Part shown: in pieces, positions 1 through 5,924 of the stretch | How positions within the stretch are numbered: the stretch's first letter is position 1 | Layout of the letters: each line of letters starts with the position of its first letter | NCBI RefSeq assembly: GCF_006345805.1 | Contig: NW_021829442.1 | Coordinates: 1 to 5,924 of the forward strand | Direction of reading: 5' to 3' | DNA length: 5,924 nucleotides | Source: Octopus sinensis | Lineage: Eukaryota | Program-made: the position numbers and the translations under genes | Notes under the pieces: generated by a model | The model's database searches: none | Told to the model about the DNA's origin: nothing | Seen by the model: only the letters and a program-made list of their open reading frames with translations

Positions 1-460
1 AAACTAGTAAAAGAATAAAAGAACATGAAATCGATGAGTACGTGTTTGTTGTACTTAAGACAAGAGTACCGTGCGTTGTGTTGGCACCGGGTTCCGTCGG
101 ATGCGACTGTGAAGTTTTTTATTTCCTCTATCAAACGAATATAGCGAACGTATGTAAAGCAACCGCCAATTCGAATTTCTAACATATAGAGTTACAAGCT
201 GGTTGGTGCTGAAACACACACTTTATAGGTTCTTGGGTCGAGCTGCCCTGGATATACACATTACATTTTAACCCATGCTGTGAACAATGTGTAACAGACT
301 GGTACACACAGAAGACTAAGTGAACAGACAGCTTATTTTATTTAATCACTTCAAATGTTTCGTTATTCATCTTTCAAAACAGACATGTAAAGTTATCTCG
401 TATTTAAGCAGTGAATAGTGAGAGGTGACTGTATATCAAAACGAAAAATAATAAGGAATT

Positions 461-499
461 ATATATATATATTATATAATATATATATATATATATATA
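461..499. repeat. (TA)n microsatellite, interrupted
   Basis: Direct inspection. Confidence 0.95.
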
Positions 500-620
500 A
501 AATCAAGTGGCGGGTGGAGGGAGGAAATCTGAAAGATACCAAAGAAACCATTTCTAGTATGAGATATAAAATATGTGCGGTTGTATGTGTGTATTCGCGT
601 GCGTGAGTACTTGTAATTTA

Positions 621-747
621 TGTCTGTGTGTGTGTGTGGTGTGTGGTGTGTGTGTTTATGTGTTTGTGCATGTGTGTGTGTGTGTGTGTGTGTGGTATGT
701 GTATGTGTTTGTGCATGTGTGTGTGGTGTGTGTATATATATATATAT
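621..747. repeat. Degenerate (TG)n tract ending in (TA)n
   Basis: Direct inspection. It includes a repeated ATGTGTTTGTGCATGTGTGTGTG sub-unit. Confidence 0.95.
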
Positions 748-807
748 CTCCATACACGCATATTTACATACATAACTATTTAAAACAATTTGATTCGATA
801 GTTACAA

Positions 808-819
808 ATATATATATGT

Positions 820-870
<51 letters not shown>

Positions 871-1014
871 GTATATGTATACATTTATATATATATATAT
901 ATATATAATATATATATATACATAAACATACATATATATATATTATATATACACACACATATATATTTATATATGTAGTACCTAATATAGAGAGAGAGGA
1001 GAGAGAGGAGAGAG
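808..1014. repeat. Compound (TA)n tract followed by (GA)n
   Basis: TA-rich 808-974, GA-rich 989-1014. Confidence 0.95.
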
Positions 1015-1059
1015 GGGGAAAATGAGAGAGATTTTTTGGGGGTGTGGATTAGTATTACA

Positions 1060-1220
1060 TGTGTATGTGAATGTGTGTGAATTGTGTGTTTCTGATTTGG
1101 ATAAATATGTGTATTAGCGTGTTTGTGCGTATGTGTGCATGTGTGTGTGTGTGTATGTGTGTATAGAAAGAGGCAGTGATGAGTATTCTATGTGTATATG
1201 TAAACAATTGTATATGTGTA
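1060..1220. repeat. Degenerate TG/TATG-rich low-complexity tract
   Basis: Direct inspection. Confidence 0.75.
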
Positions 1221-1534
1221 GACGCGTGGCTTAGTGGTTAGGACATTCGGCTCATGGTCGTAAGGTCGTGAGTTCAATTCCCGGCGGCGCGTTGTGTCCT
1301 TGAGCAAGAAACTTTATTTCACGTTCCCCCTGTCCACTCAGCAAATGAGTAGTACCTGTATTTCAAAGGGCCAGCCTTGTCACACTATATGTTACGCTGG
1401 ATCTCCTTGAGAACTACATTAAGGGTACACGTGTCTGTGGAGTACTCAGCCACTTGCACGTTAATTTCACGAGCAAGCTGTTCCGTTGATCGTATCAGCT
1501 GGGACCCTCGTCGTCGCAACCGACGGAGTGCTCC
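1221..1534 (+). mobile_element. tRNA-derived SINE (octopus OR-like; tRNA head + CORE/V-like central domain + LINE-type 3' tail)
   Basis: A box TGGCTTAGTGG 1227-1237 and B box GTTCAATTCCC 1272-1282. Central domain GTTGTGTCCTTGAGCAAG...AAATGAGT (1291-1350) is shared with the SINE at 2738. 3' stem-loop CTCGTCG...CGACGGAG near 1507-1528. The family name is from recollection, not a search. Confidence 0.88.
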
Positions 1535-1800
1535 TTTAGTTATATATATATATATATATGCGCGTATGTATGTGTGCATCTAAGTATGCATGCATGCAAC
1601 TATGCGTATACATATACAAGGTGTATATGTTTTGTTCCTAACACATTTAATGACAGGACTACTGACATTTCTTCCATTTATGTTTTGTCTTCTGACAAAT
1701 TTTTCGAGGGTTCATTACATTTTTCGCATCGCTTGTGAAGTTACTTAACGTCATTCAAATGAAACTCCTCATCTGAACGGCTCATCTGACCACTGCTTTG

Positions 1801-2418
1801 TAATCATTATTTTCTACTCTAGGCGCAAGGCCCGCAGTTTTGGGTAGGAGGGCAGTCGATTGGATCGACTCCAGTACGCAACTGGTACTTAATTTATCGA
1901 CTCCGAAAGGATAAAAGGCAAAGTCGACCTCGGCGGAATTTGAACTCAGAACGTAAAGACAGACGAAATACCTATTTCCTATTTCTTTACTACCCACAAG
2001 GGGATAAACATAGAGAGGACAAACAAGGGCAGACAAAGGGATTAAGTAGATTATATCGACTCCAGTGCGTAACTGGTACTTATTTAATCGACCCTGAAAA
2101 GATGAAAGACAAAGTCGACCCCGGTGGAATTTGAACTCAGAACGTAACGGCAGACGAAATACGGCTACGCATTTCGTCCTGCGTGCTAACGTTTCTTATT
2201 TCTTTGTTGCTCACAAGGGGCTAAACATAGAGAGGACAAACAAATGGATTAAGTCGATTAGATCGACCCCAGTGCATAACTGATACTTAATTTTATCGAC
2301 TCCGAAAGGATAAAAGGCAAAGTCGACTTCGGCGGAATTTGAACTCAGAATGTAACGGCAGACGAAATATTGCGAAGCATTTCGCCCGGCGTGCTAACGT
2401 TTCTGCCAGCTCGCCACC
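1801..2418 (-). mobile_element. Head-to-tail trimer of tRNA-derived SINE units (Deu/Nin-like core): unit 1 2196-2418, unit 2 1972-2195, unit 3 1801-1971
   Basis: Three copies of the B-box region (plus-strand GGAATTTGAACTC at 1935-1947, 2126-2138, 2334-2346), each with the same adjacent core. The full tRNA-like head (GGTGGCGAGCTGGCAGAAACGTTAGC on minus) is present only in unit 1. Unit 2 starts at AAACGTTAGC and unit 3 at GTATTTCGTC. Confidence 0.88.
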
Positions 2419-2737
2419 TTTAAGATTAGATTGTTCTATTTGGATTGTTCATTTCTCTTAAGCTCTTAACGTCATTTCCAGAGTCAGTATAATCGCTTGC
2501 CAACGACCAGGTATACTCATCATACTCAGATGTTCATGAGTGATTCTATTAACTATCGTCAAATCAATTCCCAAACTATGTGCTATCTCACGCTTCGTCA
2601 CTCATCGATCTTCTCTTAAAAGCCATTCAACAATAATCGCTTTTTAGAGTTTTTTTATAGAGATTTTCTAAAGAAATTAGAGACAGCACTGACAGTTTCG
2701 ACGTCTCTATACGAATACATCTACGTAAACATTGTGA

Positions 2738-3034
2738 AAGCGCATGGCTCAGTGGTTAGAGCATCGAGCTTACGATCGTGAGGTTGTGAGCTCGAATCCC
2801 GGACCGGTCTGCATGTTGTGTTCTTGAGCAAGACACTTTATTTCACGCTGCTCCAGTTCACTCAGCTGTAGAAATGAGTTGCGACGTCAGAGGTGCCAAG
2901 CTGTATCGGCCCCTTTGGATAACACTGGTGGCGTGGAGAGGAGGGTCGGAATGCACGGGCGACTGCTGGGTTCGGGAGGGTAACTTTCTAGGTGCAATCC
3001 CATGGTCTGTGTCGTGACCGAAGGGGATCTCAGA
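2738..3034 (+). mobile_element. tRNA-derived SINE, sister family of 1221-1534 (same head and core, different 3' body), with target-site duplication
   Basis: A box TGGCTCAGTGG 2745-2755 and variant B box GCTCGAATCCC 2790-2800. Core 2815-2879 aligns to 1291-1350. Flanking direct repeats AAACATTGTGA (2727-2737) and AAACATTGCGA (3035-3045) match at 10/11, and the mismatch is consistent with CpG decay. Confidence 0.9.
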
Positions 3035-3143
3035 AAACATTGCGATCGGAGATTTTAAAAAATTGCTGATAATGGGTGCATATGCATATTTTAGAAGTCC
3101 TATCTCCTTTCTTCAGCACAGCATTCAACCCATTAACCATCCA

Positions 3144-3173
3144 TTTTAGGGGGTGCACTTGCACCCCCTAAAA
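3144..3173. repeat. Perfect palindrome TTTTAGGGGGTGCA-CT-TGCACCCCCTAAAA, possibly a DNA-transposon/MITE remnant
   Basis: 14-bp arms are exact reverse complements with a 2-nt spacer, seen directly. The transposon origin is inference. Confidence 0.85.
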
Positions 3174-3816
3174 GTTTTGTGGTGTGTAAATAAAAATTAG
3201 CACCCGTACTTACTTTTCTTAGATTTAGAAAACGGTGAGTAAAAAGGGATCTGTAAAAAGTACATTGGATTAGGTTTCTTCTCAAAGAACAAGGAACATA
3301 AATAAATGAAACAAAAAACATGACCTTGTTTGGAAAGATTTTGGGGTCTGGGTTTGCAACCCCTAACCAAATTTCATTCCCGAGCCAGCGTCCACGAACC
3401 CATTGCTTAAATAGTCACTAAATTTCGCAGTGTAACACAGTTAGATATACAGATTTTACCCACTAAGCAAATCCCTGGCAACTGGTACGTACATATTAAT
3501 CACAGATGGCGCTTCTGTCGGCGGTCACATCCACAAGCCGTCAAGACAGCGATTTGTCTTCAAGGAATCTTCGCCTTCAATGGCGTGATACATAACAGTT
3601 GCATAGGCAGGGAGCTTTTGTTAAGCACTTTTTACGTAAATCCTAGCTTTCTTGTGACACAGCTAAGAATAAAATATTCGATAATAGTGCAATAATTCAA
3701 TTTCTATTTCCAATTTTCACCAATGATCGTCATCTGAATCAATTGTATTTTATCGTTTCTGAAAGGTAAGAATAAATATTGATATGCAGAAAATATTTGG
3801 AAAACTTCAGTATTTC

Positions 3817-3859
3817 ATATATATGTGTATGTATGTATGTACGTATATGTATATATATA

Positions 3860-3902
<43 letters not shown>

Positions 3903-3951
3903 TATATTATGTTATGTATGTATGTATGTATGTATGTATGTATGTATGTAT

Positions 3952-3952
<1 letters not shown>
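3817..3952. repeat. Compound (TA)n / (TATG)10 microsatellite
   Basis: Ten perfect TATG units at 3913-3952, preceded by interrupted TA runs. Confidence 0.95.
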
Positions 3953-4174
<222 letters not shown>

Positions 4175-4522
4175 TACAGGTAAACATACGGACGTACGCC
4201 TACATCAATACTTCGATTAACGAAATTTCAATGTTTCAGTTTTCATTTCGAGATCAGAAACTTCGTTATCAGCGAAAGATAGAAAAAAAGAAGTTCTTTG
4301 TAAATACTGAAATGAAAGAAATATATGCTTATTTATTAAAACACAGCAGCTCTGCAATACCTATCATGTATAGAAAAAAATTCTTTGAAGAAAAATTTTC
4401 CTTAGTTTTTGGAACAAATAAAAATACGAAGCTTTTAGCATAAATAGGGTACTACGCGCTGTTTAACATTTGTATTTTTATTTTTAAACTTTTCGTTGCT
4501 GAAATCCATCCAACCACACAGG

Positions 4523-4618
4523 CATCCATCCATCCATCCATCCATCCATCCATCCATCCATCCATCCATCCATACATACATACATACATACATACATACA
4601 TACATACATACATACATA
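4523..4618. repeat. (CATC)12-(CATA)12 compound microsatellite
   Basis: CATC 4523-4570, CATA 4571-4618. Confidence 0.95.
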
Positions 4619-4751
4619 CGTATACTACAAACAACATGGCTGGATGCGACAACAACGCTAACACAAGCGTTTCAGAAGTCTATCTTTTAAGTATATGTGC
4701 GCATGTCAAGACATACAACTATATGCATGAGAATACATACATAAAACAAAA

Positions 4752-4806
4752 CATACATACATACATACATACATACATACATACATACATACATACATAC
4801 ATACAT
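4752..4806. repeat. (CATA)13 microsatellite
   Basis: Direct inspection. Confidence 0.95.
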
Positions 4807-5014
4807 GTGACCGCGTGTGTATCGTTGGTGATTTTTTTTCCTCCGTCTTCTCTTCCTTGGATCTTTCCTTTTTCTGTGTTTCTGACGAAGAGCTCCGCTC
4901 GAAACGTTAAATCCTCCTCCTTTCTTTCCTTTCCTGAGTGTCCAATAACACTATACTTGTTCCACGTCCTCGCGTTGTTGTGTTTTCTCTTTGTGTATTC
5001 ATATTTGGATTAAC
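4807..5014 (+). mobile_element. Non-autonomous Penelope-like pseudo-LTR or retrozyme-like unit carrying a hammerhead motif
   Basis: Pyrimidine-rich ~200-bp block between (CATA)n and (TA)n. It contains a minimal hammerhead core with a palindromic stem III, the type established for Penelope-like elements, and its 3' part is repeated at 3952-4026. No RT or GIY-YIG coding sequence is visible. Confidence 0.6.
4878..4912 (+). ncRNA. Minimal type I hammerhead ribozyme motif
   Basis: GTTT (stem I, 4878-4881), CTGACGA (core, 4882-4888), extra A (4889), GAGC/TCC/GCTC (stem II, 4890-4900), GAAA-C-G-T (4901-4907, palindromic ACGT stem III), T (4908, cleavage after GUU), AAAT (stem I 3' strand, 3 WC + 1 G-U). 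Confidence 0.72.
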
Positions 5015-5237
5015 TTTATATATATATATATATATTATTACATACATACTTTGAAATCCTTAATTCCTGTGCTACAAATGATCGCGACATCTGGAACTAA
5101 AGAAATCTTCAAGAACCCCTTAAAATTTAAAGGATAATGGTTAAAAGAAGATACGTTTTCTTCACGACCTTGCTACCAAGCAGGCGGTCGGCCAAAATTT
5201 CCTCTATATTTGAAAAAGAAAGAGAATACATACATAC

Positions 5238-5240
5238 GTG

Positions 5241-5275
<35 letters not shown>
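5238..5275. repeat. (TG)n microsatellite
   Basis: Direct inspection; one TG>CG interruption. Confidence 0.95.
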
Positions 5276-5342
5276 ATTTTATGTTCAGTTGTAATAATGA
5301 TTTTACACTAATCTGAAGGGTTGCTCTTTTGTGGAGTATAAA

Positions 5343-5410
5343 TAAGAATAGTATTGACACTGACTTTGAAGTTTCGGCCGACTTCTAAGTCACTCTCAAT
5401 ACTGTTCTTG
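5343..5410 (+). other. Imperfect 30-bp-stem hairpin (pre-miRNA-like fold)
   Basis: Positions pair with sum 10753: 25 Watson-Crick pairs, 2 G-U pairs, 3 symmetric mismatches (C-C, C-C, T-T), 8-nt loop TTCGGCCG (5373-5380). The fold is seen directly; function is unknown. Confidence 0.8.
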
Positions 5411-5433
5411 CCCCAAAATTATATATATATATA

Positions 5434-5750
5434 TCACCATCAAAATACAGGACCAGATACTGCAACAGCTTGGGTTTCAGGAGATCACAGCTCTTCAATA
5501 TCTTTCCTAAATGCCTGAGAGACCTGCATGGTGAGGATGTGGGTTTCTTTAAAACTAAACTGAATCTCTTCTTGTCAGGGGTTCCAGATGAACCTACTTC
5601 TCGGCAGGAAACAGATGCGGGCAGCGGCGTCGAACTCCCTTGTTGATCAAGTGCCATGAATCAGAGATGGTTTCACATACAAGTTTAGCTCATTCATCGG
5701 TGGTGTCCCAGCATGGCCGCAGCCTTCGGGCTAAAACATTTTTAAGGATT
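5434..5750 (+). mobile_element. 5'-truncated non-LTR retrotransposon (CR1/L2-group LINE): ORF2 C-terminus remnant plus 3' UTR
   Basis: The frame from 5434 reads SPSKYRTRYCNSLGFRRSQLFNIFPKCLRDLHGEDVGFFKTKLNLFLSGVPDEPTSRQET. After a frameshift near 5613 it continues MRAAASNSLVDQVP* (5615-5659). This matches the LFN.LP..LR...FK..LD.FL..VPD.P...RAA.SNSL C-terminal pattern I recall for CR1-group RT proteins. The fragment is bounded by (TA)n on both sides. Confidence 0.78.
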
Positions 5751-5759
5751 TATATATAT

Positions 5760-5841
5760 ATAGAATGGTTGTATACTGTCAATTTAACGTAACAGTAGGG
5801 GATTACTGTCACGTTAAATTGACAGTATACAACCATTCTAT
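5760..5841. repeat. Near-perfect 82-bp palindrome (38-bp arms, 6-nt loop GGGGAT)
   Basis: Arms 5760-5797 and 5804-5841 are complementary at 37/38 positions. The single mismatch A5791/C5810 would be a G-U pair in a minus-strand transcript. Confidence 0.95.
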
Positions 5842-5924
5842 CGCCCCACAAACCGTACATATCTCTATGAGATATTTAGAAATTTAATATTTCTGATATA
5901 TATATATATATACCAGAGTAAACA

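Noticed and set aside
1-23. (TAAAAGAA)2 as the 3' tail of a retroelement extending beyond the window
   Set aside because: Plausible, but too short to support without the upstream sequence.
418-958. ORFs 418-606, 472-753, 573-908, 776-958
   Set aside because: They translate (TA)n/(TG)n tracts into YI/HT/CV repeats and carry no protein signal.
1221-1290. tRNA gene call (also 2740-2805 and 2334-2418)
   Set aside because: A and B boxes are present, but the acceptor and anticodon stems are degenerate and each continues into a SINE core. The parent tRNA could not be assigned.
2680-2709. Minus-strand CGAAACTGTCAG within a 7-bp TAGAGAC/GTCTCTA hairpin, as a second hammerhead
   Set aside because: No CUGANGA core at a suitable upstream position.
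1377-3040. ORFs overlapping the SINEs (1377-1583, 1385-1579, 1782-2036, 1940-2134, 2858-3040)
   Set aside because: They lie mostly within SINE bodies and are incidental open frames.
3097-3116. Strong polypyrimidine splice acceptor (CCTATCTCCTTTCTTCAG)
   Set aside because: All three downstream frames close within about 55 nt and no matching donor is evident.
5165-5190. Small hairpin CGACC...GGTCG
   Set aside because: Short, imperfect stem of a kind expected by chance, with no supporting context.
5385-5657. 90-aa minus-strand ORF
   Set aside because: It is the antisense frame of the LINE ORF2 remnant on the plus strand.
5911-5924. TACCAGAGTAAACA as the start of another repeat
   Set aside because: Only 14 nt are visible at the window edge.

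Overview
AT-rich, repeat-dense eukaryotic non-coding DNA with no supportable protein-coding gene. The long ORFs in the track are mostly translations of microsatellites or antisense reads of repeats. The SINE families resemble, from my recollection rather than a database search, those of octopod cephalopods (Octopus). The window holds two tRNA-derived SINEs that share head and core but have different 3' bodies (1221-1534; 2738-3034, with an 11-bp TSD), a head-to-tail SINE trimer on the minus strand (1801-2418), a 3' fragment of a CR1/L2-group LINE (5434-5750) and many microsatellites. The most notable signals are: (i) a minimal type I hammerhead ribozyme motif (4878-4912) inside a ~200-bp Penelope/retrozyme-like unit whose 3' end recurs 986 bp upstream; (ii) a 68-nt pre-miRNA-like hairpin (5343-5410); and (iii) a near-perfect 82-bp palindrome with nested inverted repeats (5760-5841). 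The last two flank the LINE fragment.
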